Source: a virus
Lineage: Duplodnaviria; Caudoviricetes
Virus record (IMG/VR): IMGVR_UViG_3300047476_000872
Span: 1-28,645 of that record
Direction: 5' to 3' (one strand)
Length of the DNA stretch: 28,645 nucleotides
Position 1 is the first letter of the stretch, and the number at the start of each line of letters is the position of its first letter. The position numbers were made by a program, and so were the translations under genes. The notes under the pieces are model-generated. The model was given only the letters and a program-made list of their open reading frames with translations. It was not told the DNA's origin and searched no databases. Positions 8,585 through 17,669 of this stretch are shown one piece after another.

Positions 8585-9118
8585 TCACTTGTAGTATGGA
8601 TTTTTTGGATCGGTATCACCAGTCATATCTGGCCACCAATCTAGTTCATATCTTTCACCACGCTTGAACATAGCTTTCATTGACTTGATGCGCTTCTCAT
8701 ATTCTTCTTTGCTTGGTTTGACATTGCCTTCAACAACATCTAGCACATACTGAATTGTGACAGCATTTGCACTGAGACTTGCACATCTGGCTCCAACTTC
8801 ACCTTTTAGATGATCAAGTAGAATGCTTTCACTACTATCTGCAAGTATGTTTGATAGCTCATGAGGAACTTTTAGGTCAACATAAGAATAAACATAGTCA
8901 TAGTGAGGAGCCGGTGAAGCATGTAAGATGTATTCGTCTAGAACTTCAATTCTCTTGAAGCCGTCAACATCATACCAAACCGCTCTGTTTGGTGTCAGTT
9001 CATCTGGTCGACCAAAAAACTTTTGAAGATGCTCTGCATATTTTGCAGGCTCTTTGTTTTTCCATTGAGAAAGTGAAGCACTCACTGACTCCATCAAAAA
9101 CTGCTTAAGCGTTTTCAT
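8585..9118 (-). CDS. Hypothetical protein (177 aa) with capsid-targeting-like N-terminus and HxxPxPHxD...ARC motif
   Basis: ORF overlaps the gp16 end and begins MKTLKQFLMES. Globular composition; function not recognised. Confidence 0.8.
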   Translation of the reverse strand: MKTLKQFLMESVSASLSQWKNKEPAKYAEHLQKFFGRPDELTPNRAVWYDVDGFKRIEVLDEYILHASPAPHYDYVYSYVDLKVPHELSNILADSSESILLDHLKGEVGARCASLSANAVTIQYVLDVVEGNVKPSKEEYEKRIKSMKAMFKRGERYELDWWPDMTGDTDPKNPYYK

Positions 9119-9533
9119 TCTTCTTTTCTTTCATCTGTTTAAGTAAATCGGCAGTAGTTCCAACAAATACTGCTTTTTCTACTGTAAGATTTGCTGGTGC
9201 TTCTTCTTTCTTCACACCTTTTAAGTCTTTATTCTTCTTTTGTAGATCATAAAGGTCTTTGGTAATATCTGCGATAGTCTTCATGGTTGTCGCCAATACT
9301 TCATATGCTCTTGGAGATTCCGATTCTTTGGCCAAATCAGTCAAGTTCTCCATTGCAGCATTACCTTTCTCAATCAATGATCTAAAAGTTCTTCTAGAGA
9401 GATTGTAGTCGGCATCTGCATCATCATGCTCATGTGGTGTATTGATGATCTCGGTGCGTCTAGGTTCTATTACTTCTACCTTGTTTTCAATACCAAGGGC
9501 CGAGGCAATTATGTCATTTGATTTTTCTGTCAT
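9105..9533 (-). CDS. gp16: Terminase small subunit (T4 gp16 family)
   Basis: Motifs DADYNLSRRTFRSLIEKG, ESESPRAYEV, VFVGTTADLLK. Start reassigned to 9533 (ATGA overlap with the gp15 stop). Confidence 0.93.
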   Translation of the reverse strand: MTEKSNDIIASALGIENKVEVIEPRRTEIINTPHEHDDADADYNLSRRTFRSLIEKGNAAMENLTDLAKESESPRAYEVLATTMKTIADITKDLYDLQKKNKDLKGVKKEEAPANLTVEKAVFVGTTADLLKQMKEKKNENA

Positions 9534-10540
9534 TCTGTTTGAGGCCATTCTGTAATTATTGTAGTATAACCATAGTCATCATCTGGATTTGCATTGATTG
9601 GATTAGGATCAATTTGTATCTGTGCAAGTTTAATTGGGTCAGCATTGAAGCTGGCAATGTTACATACACCGTTAGTTGATACCGCACGAATAGTATTGTT
9701 TACTTTGAACTGCCCTTGAGCACCACCTAAAACAAGTCTATTTGTTTCTGGATGCCATGCTAGAACATAACCATATGCTGTGGCAGTCTGATAAGTTGTA
9801 CCTTGATAGACCACATCATCTGGTCTAAACGTACCATTTGCGGCAGGTTCTGATGTATTGATCTTGATGATGTTGCCTGCTTGAATAGACGGATCATTAA
9901 AGATATTTGCAAAGACGCGACGAATAAGCTTGGAGTCTGATACGGGGCCGTAGTAATAAGCCTTCATTGTAAATGATAAAGTCCAAGAAACATAACGCAC
10001 CGCGTCGAAGTTGCCTTCATGTTCAATTACGTTAGATACAGAATTCAGTACGATAGGAATGTCTTTAAGGAATCCCATCTTTGGCACGGAGTCAATCGTG
10101 ATCGTATAGTCTGGATTGAAATAAGGAAGTATCTGTTCAACGATATGAGTGCCATCGTCCACATTACGTGCATATATCTGTAAATCAAACGTCAGATCAT
10201 AAGGCACACCCATGTATTGAGATGATCCGCGAGAAGCTGTGTTGGCTAGAGGATTCTTGAGTAATGAATTTTGTTTTCGAGAAGCATCATATGAGAAACC
10301 GGTTAACTCAAATGACATTCTCGGCAAGACAACCTGCACTGGTCTTTCTAGATCAGGATCAGCCCTTAGTCTTGAGTAGTACTTCTCTTTTGGTGCATAG
10401 ACAATCGGCACCTTGAAGCGTTCAATCTCAACGTCATTGTTTTTGTTGATGCGCTTGATTGTGATATTGTTGAAGATGTTTCCAAACAATATGACATACT
10501 TGCGTGTTAGCTGATGATAAAAGTAAGCATTTGATAGCAT
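9530..10540 (-). CDS. gp15: Tail sheath stabiliser / tail terminator (T4 gp15 family) with extra C-terminal domain
   Basis: Motifs RKYVILFGNIFNNI, VPIVYAPKEK, LPRMSFE, VEQILPYFNP, WTLSFTMK. Confidence 0.95.
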   Translation of the reverse strand: MLSNAYFYHQLTRKYVILFGNIFNNITIKRINKNNDVEIERFKVPIVYAPKEKYYSRLRADPDLERPVQVVLPRMSFELTGFSYDASRKQNSLLKNPLANTASRGSSQYMGVPYDLTFDLQIYARNVDDGTHIVEQILPYFNPDYTITIDSVPKMGFLKDIPIVLNSVSNVIEHEGNFDAVRYVSWTLSFTMKAYYYGPVSDSKLIRRVFANIFNDPSIQAGNIIKINTSEPAANGTFRPDDVVYQGTTYQTATAYGYVLAWHPETNRLVLGGAQGQFKVNNTIRAVSTNGVCNIASFNADPIKLAQIQIDPNPINANPDDDYGYTTIITEWPQTE

Positions 10541-11412
10541 TATGGCATTCCAAACGGATTGATTTCAGATAGATCGATGAATGTGTTAGCCTCGTTCTGA
10601 ATAACTCTGTTGTCGGAGTCATCATAGTCAATGAGATCGGACATATCATCGAACGATATGACGTTATATCTTGTATTTGAGCTTACACCAATGATGTTTG
10701 CAGAACCTCTTAGGTTGCCTGCAACATTGATGATTTGTAGAAGCTTTGGACCTGCACTCCAATTCTTGACTTCTGCTGTTGCTGTTGCATATGCAAGATT
10801 TGCACCCTGATATACAATCTCATCTTGCCAGAAATCACCTGAACCAGTGCCTAAGACCATCTCAACAGAATATGAAACAGCATGTTCAATATCATCAACT
10901 TCTGCCACACCTGTCTCAAAGTCTTCGTTGCTGTAACGGAAGGACTCGCAACGCAATTCGTACATATATGGTTTTCTCTTGCCGAGTGAGAAGAACATTA
11001 ACTCTTCTTCTACGAACTTGATTTCAAATATCTTGTTTAGTAGAGGAACATAAATCAAATCGCCTTCGCGAGGTCTGATAGCTATTGTTGATGGTATATA
11101 CTTGTCGAATGCTCTGCGAGAGACTACAAAGTTTGAAGTGTCTCGTATTTCAAGACCGAACTTGGAGAAGAAGTCGCCGTCACCTTCGTAACCTTCAACG
11201 TTTGCGAGATACATTTCAACTGTATATGCTCTGCTAAATTTTGAGTTTACGCTTTCACCAAGAACATCGTCAGCGGCATCATAAACTTCTCTAGGTAGAT
11301 ACTTCACATCATGGCCCATGATCTGTATAGACTCAACAATCAAGTCTTCTAGTAGATGTTGCTCATTGATAACCGATGGTGAAAAGTTATTAAAGTAGAC
11401 TGAGGTGGCCAT
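10540..11412 (-). CDS. gp14: Neck / head completion protein (T4 gp14 family)
   Basis: Motifs EQHLLEDLIVESIQIMGHDVKYLPRE, SKFGLEIRD, RPREGDLIY, YELRCESFRYSNE, SEINPFG. Confidence 0.95.
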   Translation of the reverse strand: MATSVYFNNFSPSVINEQHLLEDLIVESIQIMGHDVKYLPREVYDAADDVLGESVNSKFSRAYTVEMYLANVEGYEGDGDFFSKFGLEIRDTSNFVVSRRAFDKYIPSTIAIRPREGDLIYVPLLNKIFEIKFVEEELMFFSLGKRKPYMYELRCESFRYSNEDFETGVAEVDDIEHAVSYSVEMVLGTGSGDFWQDEIVYQGANLAYATATAEVKNWSAGPKLLQIINVAGNLRGSANIIGVSSNTRYNVISFDDMSDLIDYDDSDNRVIQNEANTFIDLSEINPFGMP

Positions 11413-11415
11413 ATC

Positions 11416-12156
11416 TTATCCCATTATGAAATTTGGTGGTTCTTCGTAGGTATTTCTTATAAGGTCTTCTACCTCTTTAATCTCTGCTGTTGCTTCGTCG
11501 TACACTTGCTGTCCATTCATTGTAATACCGCCGGGCAACTGCATACCACCAAACTTTTTCATGTTGTTACCCCATATTCTCTTGATATGAGCGGTTGTCA
11601 GTCTTTTCAGCATTCTGTCGTTCCAGATATCCTCATAGGTATTTGGATCAACAATGATAAAGCCTTCAATAATTAGATATTCGCCAACTGTAGCCATGCC
11701 CCAGTTCCAATCAAGATAAAGCTTGTCGGTGTGTCTGTTGAAGCGAATTGGTTGTTCACCTGAGAACAACATGTCAAGAGTTCTGATATGCTGCATGGTG
11801 AGAGCATAGTTCACGTAAGATACGGAAGTAAAGTCGTAGAGTTCGTGTAGTCTAAGCTGATAGCGAAGATCGAACATATTGACGTTAGCATTTGAAGAAG
11901 AGACGGGGAATATGCGCGTCACACCAATGATATTCTCGGTTATCGGAATGTAACCGTTATTAATATTTTCTTGAGTGATCTGGTGCTTAAGATACCAACG
12001 TTCTACACCATCAAAGTGAAAGTCTTGGAAGTATTGCAAAGCGGAATCTACGCAATCATCAACCTGATCATCGTCTACGTTAATGTTGATGACTGGGTGT
12101 CCCAACTGTCTCAAGCACCAATCTTTATGCTCTTCTCTTGTTCTAGGAATAGCCAT
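11416..12156 (-). CDS. gp13: Neck protein (T4 gp13 family)
   Basis: Motifs CLRQLGHPVININVDDDQVDD, FQDFHFDG, WGNNMKKFGGMQLPGGITMNGQ. Confidence 0.96.
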   Translation of the reverse strand: MAIPRTREEHKDWCLRQLGHPVININVDDDQVDDCVDSALQYFQDFHFDGVERWYLKHQITQENINNGYIPITENIIGVTRIFPVSSSNANVNMFDLRYQLRLHELYDFTSVSYVNYALTMQHIRTLDMLFSGEQPIRFNRHTDKLYLDWNWGMATVGEYLIIEGFIIVDPNTYEDIWNDRMLKRLTTAHIKRIWGNNMKKFGGMQLPGGITMNGQQVYDEATAEIKEVEDLIRNTYEEPPNFIMG

Positions 12157-12193
12157 AACTCTTTATCTTCCTTCGTATTCGTGGTAATATACA

Positions 12194-12201
12194 TATTTAT
12201 A
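12194..12201 (-). promoter_or_regulatory. T4-type late promoter TATAAATA for the gp13 operon
   Basis: Exact consensus in the 64-nt divergent gap between gp13 and hldE. Confidence 0.8.
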
Positions 12202-12220
12202 AGGAATTAGGAGTTACATC

Positions 12221-13426
12221 ATGATAGTCATCGGTGATCACATTATTGACAAATACATCATAGGAACAGCAACACGGCTGTCTCCAGAGGCACCGGTGCC
12301 TGTAATCAATAAAGTTACAGAGAATGTTCGCGATGGCGGCGCAGGAAATGTTGTGGCCAACTTGAAAGCTTTTGGACATGTCCCACTCTACATACGCAAT
12401 CCTCGACAGAACACGGTCAAGACTAGGATCATCGCCGATAATCATTTGATTTGCAGATTGGACAGTGAACAATACATTCCTTACAGTTTTGACTTGTCAA
12501 TGTATCTTAAACCGCAAGATACAAAGTTTGCAGTTATTTCTGACTACAACAAGGGTGTGGTGCATGAACCTAAAGAGATTATAAAGCAACTTCATGCTGA
12601 CGGTATAGACGCAATGGTTGATCCTAAGAAACCATTTGCAGAATATGCAGGTGCGTTTCTCATCAAACCAAACAAAGCCGAGTTTGAGAAAGAAGTCGGC
12701 CAGAGCTACGATCAAAGATATGTAGCTGATCAATGTAGAAATCTCTGTAAGAAATATGACTTCTGCTACATCATCATTACTCTGGGTGCCGGAGGTTGTT
12801 ATGTTTATGATCATCTGTTATCTAAAGGAAATAGAATTCAAGGTGAAAAACGCACTGTGATTGATGTCACAGGTGCTGGTGATGTATTCATGGCAGCACT
12901 GGCTCACTATGCTCTTGATAACACAATACTTGAAGCAGCGCGGTTTGCTAATAATCTGGCAGGACTCTCGGTCAGTCATATGGGTACATATATACTGAAA
13001 AAAGAAGACATTAGTTCGTTTGAGAAAGAAAAGAGACCTACTATAGTATTCACGAATGGGTGTTTCGACGTTCTACACAGAGGACATTTTGAATTACTAG
13101 AGAAGTCAAAGGCCCTTGGTGACAAGTTAATCATAGGTCTCAACTCAGATGCATCCGTTCGTAGATTGAAAGGTGATGATCGTCCCTTCTTTTCACAAGA
13201 AAACCGCAAGACTGCACTAGAAGCAATAACATATGTAGATGAGGTCATCATCTTTGATGAAGATACCCCCATTGAACTGATTAAGAAGATTAAACCAGAT
13301 ATCATTACCAAGGGTGGTGATTACACAGTTGAGAATGTGGTTGGCAATGATCTGGCTAGAGTTGTTATCATACCTTCTGTAGAAGGCCAGTCTACCACCA
13401 AAACGCTACAAAAGATGAAGAGGTAA
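12221..13426 (+). CDS. hldE: Bifunctional D-glycero-beta-D-manno-heptose-7-phosphate kinase / heptose-1-phosphate adenylyltransferase
   Basis: PfkB-type kinase: RLSPEAPVPV, GGAGNV, SDYNKG, VDPK, KPN, DVTGAGDVF. Nucleotidyltransferase: FTNGCFDVLHRGH, GLNSDASVRRLKGDDRP, KGGDY, GQSTT. AGGAG RBS upstream. Confidence 0.93.
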   Translation: MIVIGDHIIDKYIIGTATRLSPEAPVPVINKVTENVRDGGAGNVVANLKAFGHVPLYIRNPRQNTVKTRIIADNHLICRLDSEQYIPYSFDLSMYLKPQDTKFAVISDYNKGVVHEPKEIIKQLHADGIDAMVDPKKPFAEYAGAFLIKPNKAEFEKEVGQSYDQRYVADQCRNLCKKYDFCYIIITLGAGGCYVYDHLLSKGNRIQGEKRTVIDVTGAGDVFMAALAHYALDNTILEAARFANNLAGLSVSHMGTYILKKEDISSFEKEKRPTIVFTNGCFDVLHRGHFELLEKSKALGDKLIIGLNSDASVRRLKGDDRPFFSQENRKTALEAITYVDEVIIFDEDTPIELIKKIKPDIITKGGDYTVENVVGNDLARVVIIPSVEGQSTTKTLQKMKR

Positions 13427-13427
13427 T

Positions 13428-14243
13428 ATGACAATACTTGTAACAGGTTCCGATGGTTTTATTGGCCGCAATCTTGTCGGTAACTTGATCTATCGCAAGA
13501 AAAACGTGCTTGAGTTTGATACAAAACATCACAAGCTGAATGAAGTCTTTGAAACAGTTGACTTCTCAAAGCTAAAACTGATCTATCATCTTGGTGCCAT
13601 CTCTAATACCCTAGAAAAAAACTTGCAAGCATTGTTAGATCACAATGTTACCTTCAGCATAAGACTATTTGAACAGGCCATCAGATACAAAGTGCCTGTG
13701 GTCTTTACATCGTCAGCTTCTATCTACGGAAATACGATGAAAGATAATGAACGCAAGATAAACCCGCTGAACTACTATGCGACTACGAAGCTGGTGACTG
13801 AAATGTGGATGCAAAATAACAGAAAAGATTTTGAACATTTCTGTATATTGAGACTATTCAATGTCTATGGTGACAACGAGAAGAAGACTGATATGACAAC
13901 CAGCCCTGTATGGAAGTTTCAGCAACAGGCAAAAAATGAAGGTGTGATTACTGTCTTCAAGGATTCAGAAAATATGATCCGCGACTTTGTATCTATTCGC
14001 GATGTATTGAAAGCTCTGCTATGGGCGGGTGAAGACTATTCTTGGAACTTAAATGAAGTAGGCACAGCAAAACCAATCAGCTTTCTGAAGGTTGCTCAGT
14101 TGGTGTCTGACAAGTACAATGTGCCTATTAAGTTTGTTGATATGCCAGAACATATGAAACCAAGCTATCAATATTATACTGAAGCGGCCAAACCGTTCTC
14201 AGAGAATATGATGACTGTGGCCGAGTGGTTAAAAGGTCATTGA
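13428..14243 (+). CDS. hldD: NAD(P)-dependent epimerase, probably ADP-L-glycero-D-manno-heptose-6-epimerase
   Basis: Motifs ILVTGSDGFIG, HLGAISNT, TSSASIYG, PLNYYATTK (YxxxK), LRLFNVYG, RDFVSI; 1 nt downstream of hldE. Confidence 0.82.
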   Translation: MTILVTGSDGFIGRNLVGNLIYRKKNVLEFDTKHHKLNEVFETVDFSKLKLIYHLGAISNTLEKNLQALLDHNVTFSIRLFEQAIRYKVPVVFTSSASIYGNTMKDNERKINPLNYYATTKLVTEMWMQNNRKDFEHFCILRLFNVYGDNEKKTDMTTSPVWKFQQQAKNEGVITVFKDSENMIRDFVSIRDVLKALLWAGEDYSWNLNEVGTAKPISFLKVAQLVSDKYNVPIKFVDMPEHMKPSYQYYTEAAKPFSENMMTVAEWLKGH

Positions 14244-14909
14244 GAAATCTAATCCGTCTGGATTGCAAGGCATGTCTAGACGATGTGGTAAAGTCAAATC
14301 TCTTTTCAATACTGTATTGAACGATGAAGTGAATGTTAGTTCTATCACGTTTGGAGTTATCACACCGTTATGATCATAGTAAGAATAGTTGTTCATATGC
14401 AAATGTATTAGTTGTAAATCCAGCTTTGCAATGAAATCGGCTAGCAAGTCAAAGTTTGCTAACACAGCTATATCATGAATTTCTATTACAATGCCTGAAA
14501 ATCTGTGACTATTATCTATGAGTTGATCAAATATCTGATACTCAAAGCCGTCGATATCACACTTGAGAAATGCTTTGCCTACAATGTTGTTCAGTATGGT
14601 TGGTAGAGATGCGGTCTCTTCACTATCTTCTAGTGATATGTTCTTCTTCATAAAGACCTTATTGCCTTTGAAGAATGTGGTGTCGAATTGATCTATAGTG
14701 CCATCAAAAGCTCTAACATCACAGTTGTTGTGCGTCTGAAAGTCTTTCTCAAAAGATATATCAGTGCCAATACCGAAGCTGATGAGAGCGTTTGACTTCT
14801 TTACATCTTCTAGATTAACCAAATATCCACCGTCATTGTCTTTACCTAGTCTCACTAGGTCATGACAGTAGAATGGTTGCAGAATTCTTGGAAGCTTTAT
14901 CTCTACCAT
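14229..14909 (-). CDS. FkbM/Methyltransf_22-like SAM-dependent methyltransferase-fold protein
   Basis: Motifs LVRLGKDNDGGY, SFGIGTDISFE, FLKCDIDGFEY, IVIEIH, IHLHMNN, VIELTF. Start likely ATG 14909. Confidence 0.75.
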   Translation of the reverse strand: MVEIKLPRILQPFYCHDLVRLGKDNDGGYLVNLEDVKKSNALISFGIGTDISFEKDFQTHNNCDVRAFDGTIDQFDTTFFKGNKVFMKKNISLEDSEETASLPTILNNIVGKAFLKCDIDGFEYQIFDQLIDNSHRFSGIVIEIHDIAVLANFDLLADFIAKLDLQLIHLHMNNYSYYDHNGVITPNVIELTFTSSFNTVLKRDLTLPHRLDMPCNPDGLDFSMTF

Positions 14910-15616
14910 TGTCCAGACCAATGCTTCATATTGTGTTTAGCATAGAATTCTCTTTTCATTCTTTCATGTTCTGCTAGTGGTGTCTTATCGCAAATGAATA
15001 GTATGTTACGGACCGGCGGTTCTTCTTTGCGGCTCACAATAAATTTGCTCTGCAACATTACTTCTCGCAGCGCATTAATGATCTTTTCACCTGGATTGGT
15101 GTTAATCATCTCATTGACCAAACATTTTGTGACGGCGTGCATATATGTTTGTGCGCCAAGATAATAGATATTATCATGACCTTCTTTACGGCGTTCTAAG
15201 TTCAGTTTAAGTGCGGTTGCATAAATTGGATTACCTGGTTCGCTCAACATGAAGTCATGGGTGAAATCATAATCAAGACATGTAGGCAATACAAGCTTGA
15301 TACCGGGTAACAAAATGTCAGATAAGGGTAGATTATAGAACCTGTCAATATCGGTATAGAGACCACCTTCTTTGTAAAGTTTGATCAGTCTCCATACATC
15401 TAGTTTCTCAACAATATGTCTTGGTTTCAGCAGAGCAAAATCAAATACATCTAAATTTTCATATAGATATCGTTCAACATCTTCATTGTCTGATAGCTGT
15501 AGTTCCCAGTCAGGATTCAATTCAACAAGAGACTTTAAGCCTCTATTGATAAGCTCTGTGTTGTCATTGAGTATATCTTTTGACTTCCATGAAGCATGAA
15601 TAATTTTAGGTATCAT
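14903..15616 (-). CDS. Glycosyltransferase family 32 (OCH1-like, DxD)
   Basis: Motifs MIPKIIH, LNPDWE, DVWRLIKLYKEGGLYTDID. Confidence 0.85.
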   Translation of the reverse strand: MIPKIIHASWKSKDILNDNTELINRGLKSLVELNPDWELQLSDNEDVERYLYENLDVFDFALLKPRHIVEKLDVWRLIKLYKEGGLYTDIDRFYNLPLSDILLPGIKLVLPTCLDYDFTHDFMLSEPGNPIYATALKLNLERRKEGHDNIYYLGAQTYMHAVTKCLVNEMINTNPGEKIINALREVMLQSKFIVSRKEEPPVRNILFICDKTPLAEHERMKREFYAKHNMKHWSGQW

Positions 15617-16152
15617 TCTTCAACCATGATAGTATAGCAGTGAATAAGCTTTTCTTCGAATGAGTGAAATACCCATGGTCTGTAGAATACCGCATCATTC
15701 TCTCTGAGATTGATCTGTGTCTCAATGTTCCACTGCTCTGGGTTTAGATAATCGAACGTCTTCCATTCTTCATTCTTACAGTCAAGTGCTGACTTGATAC
15801 CTGTCGTGTGTGTGTATGTTCTGAAGATAGTGTCTTCAAGTGCAACAGCAAGTCTCCATTCGTGAATAGTATCAAACTCTTCAAAATGAATAACATTATC
15901 GAAAGGATATCTGAACGTGCCTGACCTATCTTCGTCAACCTTCGCAAAGTTTTCACCAAGCATGGCGCCAAGCAACATATCTGTTTCAGGTAAAATAAGA
16001 TTGAACTGCTTTATCTCTTTACCATAATTCATCGGTTCAAACTTTAGATTTCTCACCGCATAGCGATAGTTCTCCGCATCTTGAGGAGGAAAATAGTCTC
16101 GCGCGTGGATAAAATTGAGTACGCTCTTATTTACTTTGAAGTTTCTTTTCAT
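15613..16152 (-). CDS. Divergent 2OG-Fe(II) oxygenase-like (DUF6445-like) protein
   Basis: N-terminal DYF, IHFE (HxD/E), NDAVFYRPWVFHS; layout resembles 17064..17669. Confidence 0.5.
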   Translation of the reverse strand: MKRNFKVNKSVLNFIHARDYFPPQDAENYRYAVRNLKFEPMNYGKEIKQFNLILPETDMLLGAMLGENFAKVDEDRSGTFRYPFDNVIHFEEFDTIHEWRLAVALEDTIFRTYTHTTGIKSALDCKNEEWKTFDYLNPEQWNIETQINLRENDAVFYRPWVFHSFEEKLIHCYTIMVEE

Positions 16153-17059
16153 TGATCTTTTCCAACATGTTCTTCAGGTCTTCATCATCAAAGTGCATTG
16201 TACCATCATTTAGATTTTCTGCAAACGTAATATCTTGATTTGCAATTCGAATAGGCACATAGACCGGTGTAAAATTGTTTCTGTAGATTGTGAAGTGATC
16301 TTTGTATGATACGTTCTCTTCAAAGGTAGACCCCATAATCACCATACCTGGTTTATTCATAGCTCTGGCAATATGCTGACCTAGAGAATCCACTCCAACA
16401 AAATAATCGCATAGACTGATCATTGTCATATAGAGACGAATATCGGCATTGTTATTAAAGAAGTTGACTGAGTAGTTATCACCCGGATGATAAAGCTCTT
16501 TAGGTCCAAAGAAGATGACCAAGTTGTCTTTAGACATTTCATGGATCATCTTGAGAGCAAAATCTACATCAAGACTACGGTTGGTCGTATCAATTGGCAC
16601 ATTGTTCTCAATCTTCATATCAGAACCGTAAGGTTGAAAGACGATTACTCTATTCTTCTTCTTTTGCTTCTTGATCTCATTAAGAATAAATTGTGCCTGT
16701 GTCGTTTCTTTCTTCGACACATAAAGATTAGCTTTGTCTAGATCAGAATGATCTGTCGTATTATTGATAGCTTCATCAAATGCTTCGATTAGATGCAGTT
16801 TTTGATTATAGTATCCGTGCATATGATATGGTTCTGGTACAACCATGCGGCGTGCTTTGATATGCAGATCAAAAATACCTTTTTGATTGACATTGAAAGT
16901 TCTATTCTGTAGCAGAGGATGATTCCAATAGATTTCTTCCCATGCCGCTGTCAGCACACGAAAGTCATCATTTGGATTATTGATAGCAAACTTCTCAAGT
17001 GCAGGAATAGCAGTAACAAGACGGCCGGCGCCGCCGTCGATCATAAATGTTGTGTGCAT
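16127..17059 (-). CDS. GT-B fold glycosyltransferase, GT9/heptosyltransferase-like
   Basis: N-terminal IDGGAGR, VIVFQPYGS, RSL, and C-terminal CDYFVGVDSLGQHIARAMNKPGMVIMGST. Start likely ATG 17059. Confidence 0.72.
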   Translation of the reverse strand: MHTTFMIDGGAGRLVTAIPALEKFAINNPNDDFRVLTAAWEEIYWNHPLLQNRTFNVNQKGIFDLHIKARRMVVPEPYHMHGYYNQKLHLIEAFDEAINNTTDHSDLDKANLYVSKKETTQAQFILNEIKKQKKKNRVIVFQPYGSDMKIENNVPIDTTNRSLDVDFALKMIHEMSKDNLVIFFGPKELYHPGDNYSVNFFNNNADIRLYMTMISLCDYFVGVDSLGQHIARAMNKPGMVIMGSTFEENVSYKDHFTIYRNNFTPVYVPIRIANQDITFAENLNDGTMHFDDEDLKNMLEKINEKKLQSK

Positions 17060-17063
17060 AATA

Positions 17064-17669
17064 TTATCTCTCAAATTTCAAAAAGAATACCTGTGTCAGT
17101 CTGCTGTCAAACTTTGAGCTACCAAAGTAGTCGTTTGACTTGTGAAAGATATCACCGCGATACATGACCATTCTGTTATATAGATTGCCTATTACATCAA
17201 CTGGCACGAATAACTTTTCATATAAGTCTTCACGTTCTTGACGATTGATCTTCATCATCTCACCAATTGCCAGATTTTGCCATGCAGCCTGATCTAGACA
17301 TTTATATAGTGTTGTGCCAGAACTGATCGGTGCATCAGGACTGAGATAAAGTAGTGCTGCGATATCTACATCATTATCTTGATGAATCCAAGAATCGCCG
17401 TCTGATTGAGAACATAGTTGAAAGTAGCTTCTAACTGATAAAGGTGCATCAAAGAAAGTCTTTCGTGCTATATTACTGACTTTGGTTAAAATGTCATCGG
17501 CATATGCAGCGTCAAGGTCTACAACATGATCCGTTCTTTTGCCAGGCCATGTTGTGCTAGAACCTATTCTCTGAGAGAACTGTGTGCTGTTATAAAACGT
17601 CTTTGTTAGTGCCCACTCTCTTACAACATTTGGATACGGTAAGAAATTATCGATTACCAAACTCTGCAT
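17064..17669 (-). CDS. 2OG-Fe(II) oxygenase superfamily protein (DUF6445-like)
   Basis: Motifs VIDNFLPYPNVVR, WPGKRT, WIHQD, LLYLSPDAPISSGT, YNRMVMY, FHKS, RLTQVFF (HxD...H...R). Confidence 0.8.
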   Translation of the reverse strand: MQSLVIDNFLPYPNVVREWALTKTFYNSTQFSQRIGSSTTWPGKRTDHVVDLDAAYADDILTKVSNIARKTFFDAPLSVRSYFQLCSQSDGDSWIHQDNDVDIAALLYLSPDAPISSGTTLYKCLDQAAWQNLAIGEMMKINRQEREDLYEKLFVPVDVIGNLYNRMVMYRGDIFHKSNDYFGSSKFDSRLTQVFFLKFER

